Shown here: piece after piece, positions 16,986 through 32,619 of the stretch | Layout: each line of letters opens with the position of its first letter | Position numbering within the stretch: the first letter of the stretch is position 1 | Assembly (NCBI RefSeq): GCF_009914755.1 | Contig: NC_060932.1 | Strand: one strand, 5' to 3' | Origin: the human T2T-CHM13v2.0 reference genome, Homo sapiens | Length of the DNA stretch: 64,000 nucleotides | Position numbers and translations under genes: made by a program | Notes under the pieces: generated by a model | What the model saw: the letters and a program-made list of their open reading frames with translations, nothing else | The model's database searches: none | What the model was told of the DNA's origin: nothing

Positions 16986-19353
16986 TATTTTTAGTAGAGA
17001 CAGGGTTTCACCGTATTTGCCAGGATGGTCTCAATCCCCTAACCTCGTGATCCACCCACCTCGGCCTCCCAAAGTGCTGGGATTACAGGCGTGAGCCACC
17101 GTGCCCGGCCTATTTCTTCATTTTCACAATCATCTTGCATCACTTAGGAGGCCGATGAGGGCAAACTACCATCCTGTGGAGAGAGGAACTGAGTCACACC
17201 CGCCTTGTATCCCAAACAGCCAAGCTTGTCCTTGGCAAGCTCATCACCGGCATGAGTCAAAATATCGCAGCATACTTTTTGGGGGATTTAATGATGCCGT
17301 ATGCTCTTTATCAAAACTACGAAACATAAATAGTGATTATAATTAGTATATTTACAAAAAACACAAGAATAGACACATACAATCATGAGTCCCATTCACG
17401 AAGAGCTATTCTTCTCTCACTGCTTAAGGTACCCTGGTTTCCCTTTCAGCCTTAATTAGCACAACTTTTTAACTTTTTAATTTATAATGAATGCTTTCAC
17501 TTAAGCAGTTCCTGCTAGGGTTTGACAGATGGTTAATGTCAAAAGCCCATGGGGATGGCTTAGCTTTGGGTTTTGTGTTTTCGAAGCAGGAGAAATGTTT
17601 GACTGTGCTGATAATTTCTCAGCATGTATCACCATCAACTTTTATTGTCCTTCAAATTCCCCGTTCTCCCATGGACTTCTCTTCCACTCCTTGCCTATCA
17701 GGGGCTGGAAACCAGGCAGAAGCACGACATAATGGCCCATGTGATAAGCCTCATAAAGTTATTTTTCTCAATTAATGGCTTCACTGACAATTTTACTGCT
17801 TTGCTCTAAGCTCCCCTGTTCCCTTGGGCATCAGGACACATGTCTATGGTAAGCCTCATCCAGTCCAACAAAACTGGCCCTACAGAATTCAGATGGCCCT
17901 GTTTAAAGAAGCTCATCTCTCTCTCTCTTTCTTTTTTCTTTTTTTTGCAACATAACACTTGAAAATACATTTTAACAGAAAGTAATAGAGCTTTAAAGCA
18001 GAGCTATAAAAGTGATTTATTCCTGAGTACGTACTTATTCCTCTCCCAGCTGACATCCATTTTATATTAATTTTCCTTGAGTGTGTATCTTCATCTCTTT
18101 TCTAAATCCTTACTACTATATATGAACTTTGAATTCCACCCTTATTCCTTTCTACTTCGTGCCAAAGACTTGCATAATGTGCTGAAAGAGAGCCACAGGG
18201 CTTCGGAGCCACGATTTGGGAAACTCTGCTAGGCAATGATAATGCTCCCTAGTCACAATTACTGGCTTTATTAGGTAGTCAATTCGCTGTTTTTTAATTA
18301 GGAAGGGAAAAGTTCTTAATTCATTTTTTCCAAAGTTACTTTAAATGCATTTTTCCTTTTTTTTTTTTTTTTTTTTTTTTTTGAGACAGAGTCTCACGCT
18401 GTTGCCCAGCCTGGAGTGCAGTGGTGCGACCTTGGCTGACTATAACCTTTGCTTCCTAGGTTCAAACCATCCTCCTGCCTCCCCCGCACCCGCCATAGGC
18501 ATGTGCCACCACGCCCAGCTAATTTTTGTATTGTTAGTGGAGACAGGGTTCCGCCATGCTGCCCAGGCTGCGCTCGAATCCCTGACCTCAAGTGATCCTC
18601 CTGCCTCAGCCTCCCAAAGTACTGGGATTACAGGCGTGAGCCACCATGCCTGGCCTAAATGCACTTAGATGAGGAGAACCTTCACTTACAGACAGCAATT
18701 TCTGATAGCACCTCCCCCTGCCCCAAAGGACTCAGCAGAAGAAAGAACCACTGATAAAAAAATACTCCCCTTGGCCAGGCGCGGTGGCTCATGCTTGTAA
18801 TCCCAGCACTTTGGGAGGCCGAGGCAGGTGGATCACCTGAGGTCAAGAGTTGGAGACCAGTCTGGTCAACATGGAGAAACCCCGTCTCTACTAAAAATAC
18901 AAAAATTAGCTGGGCATGGTGGTGGCACCTGTAATCCCAGCTACTTGGGAGGCTGAGGCAGGAGAATCACTTGAACCCCAGGAGGCGGAGGTTGCAGTGA
19001 GTCGAAATCATGCCATTGCACTCCAGCCAGGAAGACAAGAACAAGACTCTGTCTTAAACAAACAAACAAAAAAACTCCCCTTATATCATACAGTTTTCAA
19101 AGCAATTTCATACACATCAGTTCATCCAGTCTTTTTCTTTTTTTAACAGATGAGAAAACAGAGGCTCAGAGAGATTAAATAAAGTGTATCTTCAAGGTCA
19201 TGGCTTCTCTGCCAGTCAGTGTCAGAAACCCGAATTTAAATCACCACTCCATGATTCTGATTAAATAAATGAATTCAATTTTGCAAATAGGATTAGAGAT
19301 CTGGAGATTTTCATTAATGTTATGGTGATGAATCTTTCATAAACAATACTTAC

Positions 19354-19456
19354 CATTGATTGTGCTTTTCTTAGCCTAGTTCTGTCCTGCAATTTATTTT
19401 TCTTATCATGTGACTGTCGGCTGAAGTCTGGGGTTATTTGGTTTCTTTTTCTTCTT
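19354..19456 (-). CDS. FBXO16: FBXO16 exon 7 (103 nt; RRKRNQITPDF...RKAQSM)
   Basis: tttacag|AAGAAG...TCAATG|gtaagt; completes the split Gly codon and ends in phase 0. Confidence 0.95.
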
Positions 19457-19826
19457 CTGTAAATTGGAAAGCAGTGGGAAAATTACAAAGTATCTTTTTA
19501 AAACTCAGGTGGTTTGCATAGCTATTTGTCTGTTTGAGTTTGTTGTTCCTGTGATTTAAAAGATTGTCTCCACTTAACTGGAAATAAGCCAAATGTCTAT
19601 CAATAGAGAACTGGTTGCATCAACTCCTGCATCTCCACACAATGCAGTACTATGAGCTGCAAATGGAAAGCAGGATGTTTCTATATTCAACTGTGGAAGG
19701 ATCTCCAGGATATACTGTTACATTAAGAAAGAAGGGTGGATGAGACGGTATGTACTGGGTGCTGCCATTCCTTTCAAGAAGAAGGTATTAAGATCTCTGC
19801 CTCTATATATTGTGCATATGTATTTA

Positions 19827-20222
<396 letters not shown>

Positions 20223-20358
20223 TCAAAAACAGGGAATGTGAGCTGGGCACGGTGACTCATGCCCGTAACCCCAGCTTTTTGGAAAGGCGAGAGGGAAGGA
20301 TAACTTGAGTCCAGGAGTTTGAGACCCACCTGGGCAACATGGTGAGACCCTATCTCTA

Positions 20359-20481
<123 letters not shown>

Positions 20482-20934
20482 CTACCGCACTCTAGCCTGG
20501 GCAACAGAGTGAGACCCTAAATCAAAAAAAAAAAAAAAAAAAAGAAAGAAAGAAAGAAAAGAAAAAAAAGGAACAGGTAATATGGAGGAACAGGAACCAA
20601 AAGTTAGATTTCTCCAAGTATAGCTTATTTTGTATATTTAATTTTGGAATCATCTAAATTTTTCTCAAAATCATAAAACAAAATGAAGTGAAAAATACCT
20701 AAAATCTGAAAAGCAAAATGAAACAAATATATATCTATTGAGTTGGTGGCATTACTACACACAAAGGAGTTACTTCATGTGAATTTAATGCAGTAATTTG
20801 TCTGAATATTCTTGATAGAATATATCTGAGAGATAAAAACACAGACAGGGAAGTCAAACTGTTTTCAGTAATCATACCACTTGCTTTAATGTTAGCATTT
20901 CTTTTCTAAAACTCCTGTATGTATTACGATAAAG

Positions 20935-21152
20935 CAAGGATCCTCCAACCACAGTCACAGGCTCAATCCAGCCTGCTGCCTATTTCTGTAAATAAAGTTT
21001 TATTGGAACACAGTCATGCTTATTTCTTGCACATGGTCTATTACTATATTCAGGCTACAATGGCAGAGTTGAGCAGCTGTGACAGAGACCATATGCCCTG
21101 CAAAGACTAAAATATTTCCTGCCTTGCCATTTACAGGAAAAGTTTGCCTGAT
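20935..21152. mobile_element. MER58A-like hAT-Charlie DNA transposon
   Basis: ctgcctatttctgtaaataaagttttattggaacacag...ggcagagttgagcagctgtgacagagaccat...aaaagtttgcc. Confidence 0.75.
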
Positions 21153-21493
21153 GTAATGGATCTAGGCGATGAGTATCCATGGCTACCAACACGAGACAGA
21201 CAACCAGAAATGATGTGCGTTGTGACGGAAGTACATATCCCTGTTCAGTATATACGTAAGCCTCTAGGTCTGACTGTCAGTATAACCAGGTACGGGGGAC
21301 AGAAGAACCTGTTAAGATGCATGTGGGCGGTGCAATCCACAAAATCCAGAATGTGAGAAGCTCTCTGGGATAAATGATCTGATAGTTATAACAAACAAAT
21401 TGCAAGGAAAAAAAAGGACAGAGGGGAAATCTATGGACAAAACAGAAGAAAAGAAAATGCTGAAGTGACATGTAGATCGAATGCAATATGTAG

Positions 21494-21685
<192 letters not shown>

Positions 21686-21891
21686 TAGAGACAGGTTCTT
21701 GCTATGTTGCCCAGACTGGTCTCAAACTCCTAGACTCAGGTGATACTTCTGCCTCAGCCACCCAGAGTTCTGGGATTACAGGTGTTTGCCACCACACCTG
21801 GCCTGATCTTCTTGGGAGTTCACTCCAACCTCTCAGCTCAGCTCCCTTGGCCCAATAAAGAAGGGTGATACGGGTCAGGTGCGGTGGCTCA

Positions 21892-22689
<798 letters not shown>

Positions 22690-23955
22690 TGTCTCGGGTG
22701 TCAGGTCTACTTGGGGAAATGAGCTTCAGGGTTGCTCCGTTTCATTTGTTTAATCTTTGCACTATCTCTTGATTTTTCTGTCACCAACCTGACTCCAGCT
22801 CAGTCTCTCTGGCTTGCTCCATTCCCAGGACTCTGATCTCAATTATGTGCCTCTGAAATTGGACCTCTGTGGAGTAATACCTCAGCCTTTCTTGTACCTA
22901 TGTGCTGGTTTGTACTGGGCTGGCACTGTCCATGATGCCAGCAGTAGGCACCAAAACTTATGAAGACCTAACAACTAGCCAGGCACGGTGGCTCATGCCT
23001 GTAATCCCAGCACTTTCGGAGGGCGAAGTGAGAGGATCACTTGAGTCTGATCGCTTGAGTCTGGGAGTTAGAGACCAGCCTGGGCAACATAATGAGACCC
23101 CGTTCTACAAAAAATAAAAATAATAATTTTTTAAAAGGCTTAGCAATTTTTAAAAAATGCCTAAATCCTTGACAGATCCAGTCCAATGGTCCTTGATTTG
23201 TGTTTCATTCATCTTAGAAGTGAAAGGTAATGTCCTTTACTAAGGGAAACATTTAAGCAAGAAAGAGGCACCTCCATCCCCGCACTCACCCAGACTTCTT
23301 TCAAGTACAATATTTTAATAAACAACAAAGGAGCTCCACCAGGAAACCCCAAAGATCCAAGGCTGTTTCACATATTCTGCATCTCTGGGGAGAGCTGAAG
23401 AGTCACTTTCAGCTTAAGATATTGTACTAGAGCCCTATTGGCTCCTGACAGGATGTTTTTAGGTTTGAAAGATACTCATGAAGAGATTTCTGGTGTGTTT
23501 GTCAAAGAACCAAAAATCTTTTTTCTTTGTTTTCTTTCTCTCTTTCTGTCTCTTTGTTGTTGTTTTTTTTTGTTTTGTTTTTTGTTTTTTGAGATAGGGT
23601 CTAGCTATATTGCACAGGCTGGTCTCAAACTTCTGGGCTCAAGTGATCCTCCTGCCTCGGCCTCCCAAAGTGCCATGATTACCGACACATGCCACCTTAC
23701 TCAGCTTTACTTTCGGAATGTATTTATAAGTAAATATTTTATATATATATATTACAATCAGTAAATCTAATGAGTGTCAGGTTTCTTACCATCAGAAAAG
23801 GGAGTCACAAATACAGAAAGAATAAAGGCTAGAATGAACCCTTTGGTGCTGGACTGCAATTTAATATTAAAATATTAGAAGAGGCCAGGCACAGTTGCTC
23901 ATGCCTGTAATCCCAGCACTTTAGGAGGCCGAGGCATGTGGATCACCTGAGGTCA

Positions 23956-24174
<219 letters not shown>

Positions 24175-24424
24175 TCAAAAAAAAAAAAAAAAAAATTAGA
24201 AGAAGCAATGTTAAATCATTACTATTACAAAATGCAAACAAACTGTAACCAATAGAGCAAATTTGCTAGTAATGGTCAGTATCCTGCTCTATTACTTTTT
24301 GCTTCTATGTACTGAAAAGCTTTTGTATTTCACAGTAAGTTCTATTTCCATCTCTTCGTATACTGAAATGCCAATAAATTATTTCTAAAAACGAAGAAGT
24401 TGAGAAGAGCATGGAGCTTCTTAC

Positions 24425-24657
24425 CCTTGCTGGACAGTCTCCATGGGGTCACGGTTGTCTAGGTAATTAAAACGAATGATATCTGTTGGGTGCTTATCAG
24501 AAGATCGCCAGGGTGGAAGTGCTTTCTCCCCTGAGTTATTCTTCTTTCTTAAAGAGGAAGAGGACCGAAAAGCTGATAAAGGGGACTGTTTTTCCTCTGG
24601 AGAATTGCTTGTAACTAGTTGAACGTCAGCGATTACAAATCCATCCTTTGGGGGTGT
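24425..24657 (-). CDS. FBXO16: FBXO16 exon 6 (233 nt; TPPKDGFVIADV...METVQQG)
   Basis: cttctag|ACACCC...CAAGG|gtaaga; open frame, ends in phase 2. Confidence 0.95.
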
Positions 24658-24686
24658 CTAGAAGAAGAAAGTTAATTATGTTCTCA

Positions 24687-24980
<294 letters not shown>

Positions 24981-25116
24981 TCAAAAAACAAAACAAAACA
25001 AAACAAACAAACAAAAAAACCACACACTATAATAATAATAACAACAACAAAACAAAGAATATATTGATGTGAGTTGGCTGAAGGATAAAAAAATAAAAAA
25101 AAAGAAAAAAGGAATA

Positions 25117-25210
25117 ATATCATCATCATCATCATTGCCATCATCATCACCATCACCAATGTCATCATCGTCATCATCACGATCACCATTACCATGGTGA
25201 TAATGATTAT
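25117..25210. repeat. Degenerate (CAT)n repeat
   Basis: catcatcatcatcattgccatcatcatcaccatcacc... Confidence 0.9.
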
Positions 25211-26060
25211 AGCAGCCACCACTCCAGGAGTACTTGCCATGTTGCAGTCACTGTCTGAGGCAGTTTTCATGCATTATATTGTTTAACCTTCACAATAACT
25301 CTATAAGGTAATCATTACTACTTCCATTTTGCAGAAGAGGAAATAGAATATAGGAGAAACTAATTAATTTGCCCACTACTACAAAAGTAGTAAGTTGGAG
25401 GGCCAGAATTTGAATACAGGACTGTCTTGCTTCAAGCCCACACATAAGACCTCCCTATCCTACTCTTGTACTCTGCCATTGTCTAGTTTGTCACAACTGC
25501 AGCTAATTTATTCATAAAAAGTACACATTCCCCCAAAAAAGTACTCCAGCTCTCATGACTTCTAACACATAGAAACAACTTTGAGTTGCAGAGAGGTAGA
25601 CTAGAAATTTTATCAATTATCAAAACCTCAACCACTCCCAAAGAATACTTTGCTTTAATCTCCAAAACTGAAAGCCTGTCTTGTGTGTGTGAAATTCATA
25701 ACGTTTTTATGTGGTTGTAGCCTAAGGAAAGTACTACTGGTATGTTGAGAAGCCATTAAGGGCTTAATTTTTGTTAATTAAGAGATTAGGGAAGCTTTGC
25801 TTGGTAAATCAGTTTGCTTCCATTGCTGGTGAAAATCAAGAAATTCCCCAGTTCCCCCAAGCATAATCAGTTGGTTTCTCACCCTTGTTTCAACAGCTCT
25901 TTGTATACAATTCTATTACAGGATAACGCTTAGTACTCAGTGTTGTAATTATTTGTTTATTTGTCTACGTCCTGGGCTACTAGACTAGGCTCTGTGAAAG
26001 CAGGGTTGGGATCTTTCTATGTTTAGCAATTAGCTCACAACAGTGTTTAATAAATATTTA

Positions 26061-26344
<284 letters not shown>

Positions 26345-26629
26345 TTATTCAATGAATGACTGTAACCTAGAAGCAGATTAAGAAGACATTTCATATTTAC
26401 ATAATTGATAGCTCATTATTGGTTTAGTATTCAGTATTTTGTGCAAGTCTCATTTAGAATGGACATTCATTTCATTTCCCTGAGCTTCTATTGAATTAAA
26501 TCTGTTGTTGCTGGAAGAGGTCTAGTTTAATACTGCTGGGAATAAATAACATATGATAATAAAAAATAACTTCAGGGGGAAATTTTAGGCATAAATGCTA
26601 GTAGTTATATGTAAAAAATCATTAATTCT

Positions 26630-26930
<301 letters not shown>

Positions 26931-27049
26931 TCATTAATTCTATATAGTACAAAATGCTTACACTTTAACAAAATAGGTAATAGTGAAATCTGTGATAACT
27001 TATTTGTATTAAGTAAACAAAATTTTTGTTCACATCACCTGAAGTCTTT

Positions 27050-27260
27050 TTGAGAATTTTCCTAATCATGAATAGATGTTGAATTTTGTTAAATGCTTTT
27101 GTTTGGATATATTGAAGTGATCATATATCTTTTCTCTCTTTAAAAAAAATATGGAATGCTTCATGAATTTGCAAGTCTTCTCTGCATCATTCCAATTTTA
27201 GTATATGTGCTACTGAAACATGCACTTTTTTCTCTTTTATTTCATGAATTACATTGATTT
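27050..27260 (-). mobile_element. Old L1 fragment hosting the U6 retrocopy
   Basis: atcatgaatagatgttgaattttgttaaatgcttt...tattgaagtgatcatat continues as gaattacattgattt after the U6 insert. Confidence 0.65.
27142..27225 (-). pseudogene. U6 snRNA retro-pseudogene with an internal ~26-nt deletion
   Basis: The minus strand reads GTGCATGTTTCAGTAGCACATATACTAAAATTGGAATGATGCAGAGAAGACTTGCAAATTCATGAAGCATTCCATATTTTTTTT, matching the U6 5' and 3' ends. 12-bp TSD (11/12 identical) at 27130-27141 and 27226-27237. Confidence 0.92.
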
Positions 27261-28937
27261 TTTTTTTTTTGAGACAGTCTTGCTCTATCGCCCAGGATGT
27301 AGTGCAGTGGCTTGATCTCGGCTCACTGCAACCTCCACCTCCTGGGTTCAAGTGATCCTCCTGCCTCAGCCTCCTGAGTAGCTGGGATTACAGGTGCATG
27401 CCACCATGCTCAGCTAATTTTTTTTTTTTTGAGACAGAGTATTGCTCTGTCACCCAGGCTGGAGTGTGGCACAATCACAGCTCACTGCAGCCTCAACCTT
27501 CTGAGCTCAAGTGATCCTCCCAACTCAGCCTCCCAAGTAGCTGGAACTGCAAGAGTGTGCTACTGCACCCAGCTAATTTTTAAATTTTCTGTAGAGACAG
27601 GGTCTTCCTATGTTATACGAGCTGGTCTCAAACTCCTGGCCTCAAGCAATCCTCCCGCCATGGCCTCCCAAAGTGCTGGGATGATAGGCATAAACCACTG
27701 TGCCTGGCCCCAAAGTCAGTTACATATATAAAACTCACAACTTCTTTTCATTTTACTAGTTGGTTAATCACTTTTCTCTCTTCTGCCCCTGAACAGCCTG
27801 AGCTTCAGCTATTGCTCCCTAACTGAGAATGAGATGCAAGAGAAGTCTCACTAGGAAAGGAGTCAGAGCTACGGGAATTTTCAAGAGAACTTTAAAAATT
27901 CTTCACTTAAAACTCTCTTTTTAAAAGAAATCCTCGTGGAGCATACCAACTACTGAAATCAGAAAGACTTTTATCATTGCAATTGTAACAATATTAATTA
28001 TGCATAGTTTATTACTGTATTAAGTGTAGGTGGAATCTATTTCAAGAAAACACAATAAAGCCTAAACCAAAATAAGCAAGCTAGGAGTCGACTGTTCATA
28101 TTTCAAAAGGATTCTCCAATTTTAACAGGATTCATTGCTGTTTTTTTCACAAGCTTTAATACCCCTGTGGTTTTAAAAAAATCATTTTAAAAATTTAATT
28201 TACACATAATTTTTCAGGAACTCATCTATTGTATGAAATGATGCACAACTCTGCATGTGTATAGATAATGCTATAAACAAAGGGCTCATAAAATTTTCCC
28301 ATAAATTATCTCATTAGCTGGGACTATACGAATGAATATAAGCATTGGTTAGAATGCCTAAGAAGCCACTAGAAAAAAAAATTCTTGCATTATTTACTTT
28401 TTATGAATATATGTAAGTGCTCTACATTGCTTAGTTCCTAGCAAAAACTAAGAACTCTAATATGCCCATGAGGCCCTTCCCTGATGACTCATTTATTAGA
28501 AAACTTTTCCTTATAAACGATACAAAAATAAACTTCAGCTCACCTGGTAGAATCACAGAAAATTTGAATTAGTAAAGTAAAACTTGAAGACCCATAGGTA
28601 ACAAATACTTCATGTTACCCACAGAGTCCCCATGTCAGAACTGTCTGATGTCACTGTCAGAGACACAGAAACCAGGGACCTAGACAGAGAAAGAAGTTCC
28701 ATGGTCCTAACCGCCGGGATGCAACTGTGGTTTGGGAGTGGCAAATGAGGGCTCTCAACTAACATGAATGTCTTGAAAACAACTATCAAGTCTCAGAAAA
28801 GGAGAATTTTGAAATCATAGTATATGTCCTTTGAACTACCTCCCTTCCCCAACTTCCAGTCTGATCCTTTATTCTTAGTTCTAGAATTTGCAAAGAGCCA
28901 ATGTTTGCAAGCTTGTGGCTTTCTGTCTAAAATTCAC

Positions 28938-29102
28938 CTTAGGCTTGGTAATATGAAGTTCTTTCACCATTTGAATATAGTGCTTCTTCCAGATCCCCTG
29001 CTCAAAGGGAGTTGGAGAGAAATTGATGTACCAGTTAAACCGTAAACATTTCAGCATCCAGAGCTGGTCCAGCTCAGCAAGGTTCTTCCAATGCCAGCAC
29101 AC
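28938..29102 (-). CDS. FBXO16: FBXO16 exon 5 (165 nt; VCWHWKNLAELDQLW...ITKPK; end of F-box)
   Basis: Lies inside ORF 28881..29114(-). Boundaries ttttccag|GTG and AAG|gtgaat. Confidence 0.97.
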
Positions 29103-29552
29103 CTGGAAAAACAATTACAATTAAACAAAACCAAATCAAACAACCCCTTCAGTTTACATGCCCACTTTCTCTAGGTTTTGAGCTGTCATCCTGGACCTGA
29201 GAAAACTTTTTTGTCCTTTGCCTCCAAACCATAGCTTAAATGGTTACCTCCTACCTGAAGTGTTTCCTACCCAGGCAGATTTAAAGTAAAGTAGCATTTG
29301 CTTTAAATGCTAATTCAGATTTAGAATCAGAGTCAATTAACATTTATGGAGCACCTATTAATTATCTTCATAGCAACCTAGGGAGGTAAGTACAATTATT
29401 ACTCTCATATTGTAAATGAGGAAATTGAGGCTCAGATAGACTTCGGAACTTTCTAGAGGTTTCTGAAGGTCATATAAAAGTTGTATAAGGATTATATAAA
29501 CTCAGGTCTGCACTTTTTTTATTCTTTTCATGGTGTGCTTCCTTTTCCCTTG

Positions 29553-29914
29553 TGTATTTGTCCATTTTCACGTTGCTGATAAAGACATACCTGAGACTGG
29601 GTAATTTATAAAGAGAAAGACGTTTAATGGACTCACAGTTCCATGTGGCTGGGGAGGCCTCACAATCATGGTGGAAGGGGAAAGGCATGTCTTACATGGT
29701 GGCAGGCAAGAGAGAATGAAAGCCAAGCAAAAGGGGAAACCCTTTATAAAACTATCAGATCTCATAAGAATGACTCACTACCATGAGAACAGTATGGGGG
29801 AAACCACCCCCATGGTTCAATTTTCTCCCATTGATTCCCTCCCACAACACTTGGGCATTATGGGAGCATCAATTCAAGAAGAGACATAGGTGGGGACATA
29901 GCCCAACCATATCA
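29553..29914 (-). mobile_element. THE1 (B/C-like) MaLR solo LTR, sense to FBXO16
   Basis: The minus strand begins TGATATGGTTGGGCTATGTCCCCACC and ends AAAATGGACAAATACA; ~360 bp. Confidence 0.88.
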
Positions 29915-30577
29915 CCTCCATTCTTTCAATTTCACTAAATATAAATTTTATAAATGGAATATAATCACTGATACTATGTGATGTATAGAGCCTTTAGGAT
30001 TCTACAAAGCATAAAGCACTTATTATGTACATACCAGTTCCACAGCATTATGGCTAATCCCACCCATCCAGCAAATGGCAGAGATGGCCCTACTATGTGT
30101 AGCAATATTTATAATAATTTACCCAAGGGTTTGAATAAGTCTTGCCAGAAACTAGGATCAAGTTCACATATAAAGCTGAAACTAAGGATTCAGTGTCTTA
30201 GTTGTAAGAGTTGCAAAGATGACATACAACCTTCAAGCCCAAATTTCACCCTTAGAAAACTGGCCTCTTTTTCAAGATCAATTAAATAATTAATAATTTT
30301 TGAGTGCCCCCTCACCCCCAAAAGGGGAACACTCTGTAATGGCCCTTGCTATCCATACACCTATTTTTCTATTACTCTCTGCCTCCCTCCTTCCACCCAC
30401 CATTTATTGAGTTCCTACTATGTTTGTTTTATGTGCAGAAGATGAGATGTTGAGGAAAGAGTAGGGCACAATTAGAAGAAATAATAGATTCAGGAAAGGT
30501 TAGGGAAGGAGGAAAAAGTTTAGAGGATTTGATACAGCCCTGCAGGCAGCAACAGAAATCACATTTAGTTTGTTTGA

Positions 30578-30952
<375 letters not shown>

Positions 30953-31792
30953 TAAGTTGTTCTTCTTCCCAAGGCAAATACAGTTTTTGTTTTTTGTGTT
31001 TTTGTGTTATTTTGTTTGTTTAAAGGTAGAGAGGAATGAAGAGAATTGAAAGGTAAGTAAGAGCTTTCAAATTTACAAGACACAATTCCTCCACAACCTT
31101 CCATCTTTTTAAAACAGCAATGACTTTATATGTTTTACTTTAAATCTGGCTGAAGAATGATGGTCTGTGTCTTGCCCATGGTCAGTAGTGAGAAGAAATT
31201 ATGACTTATAGTGCATGCAGATGATAGAATTAGCTATTTCAAATAACATTTCCCTCTAATAATAATATTATCCTTGTGGAAAATGAAAAATTCTGAGAAG
31301 TTTAACCCATGACCCCGTAAATCAGAGATGACCATTATTGACAACCTGGTAGAGTTCTTTTCCTTTCAGTTTTTATTTGAAGTATATACAAAAGAAAATT
31401 GGGAAACTCTATATATAACTTAAAATCTTTCTTTATTTTAAATATTATAGTATCTCTGTTCTTCCAAAACATGTTTACTAATGGTTGCATAATAATGCAT
31501 CATAGGCTGGGCGCAGTGGCTCACGCTTGTAATCCCAGCACTTTGAGAGGCCAAGGCGAGTGGATCACCCGAGGCCAGGAGTTCCAGACCTGTCTGGCCA
31601 ACATGGCGAAACCCCGTCTTTCCTAAAAATACAAAAATTAGCTGGGCGTGGTGACATGCGCCTGTAATCCCAGCTACTCGGGAGGCTGAGGCAAGAGAAT
31701 TGCTTGAACCCGGGGTGGGCGGAGGTTGCAGTGAGCCGAGATCGAGCCATTGCACTCCAGCCTGGGCGACAAGAGCGAGACCCTGTCTCAAA

Positions 31793-31793
<1 letters not shown>

Positions 31794-31837
<44 letters not shown>
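31794..31837. repeat. (TAA)n microsatellite (Alu tail)
   Basis: Seen directly. Confidence 0.9.
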
Positions 31838-31838
<1 letters not shown>

Positions 31839-31900
31839 CATCATATATGGCTATTTGATACCCTCTTATTACTAGGCATCCAGATTGCTATGTTCTTTTA

Positions 31901-32241
<341 letters not shown>

Positions 32242-32382
32242 CTAATACCAAATTCAAAGAAACAAAGGAAGTCCCTCTCCCATCACTATCCCCCAGTTAC
32301 CCATTCTTCTCCTTGGATGAGACCACTGTTACCAGTTTCTGGTATATAAGTCCAGAATATTCTAGGCATACAGTAACAAATA

Positions 32383-32432
<50 letters not shown>

Positions 32433-32586
32433 TTTGAGACAAAGTCTCACCCTGTTGCTCAGGCTGGAGTGCAGAGGCATGATCATAGCTTACTGTAGCC
32501 TTCAACCCCCCAGCCTTAAGCAATCTTCCTGCCTTACCTAGCCTCTCAAGTAGCTGGGACTCTAGGCACATGCGCTATACCTGGCT

Positions 32587-32619
<33 letters not shown>

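Noticed and set aside
19393-19398. Minus-strand AATAAA inside exon 7
   Set aside because: Explained by Asn-Lys codons and close to a strong 5' splice site; no evidence of use.
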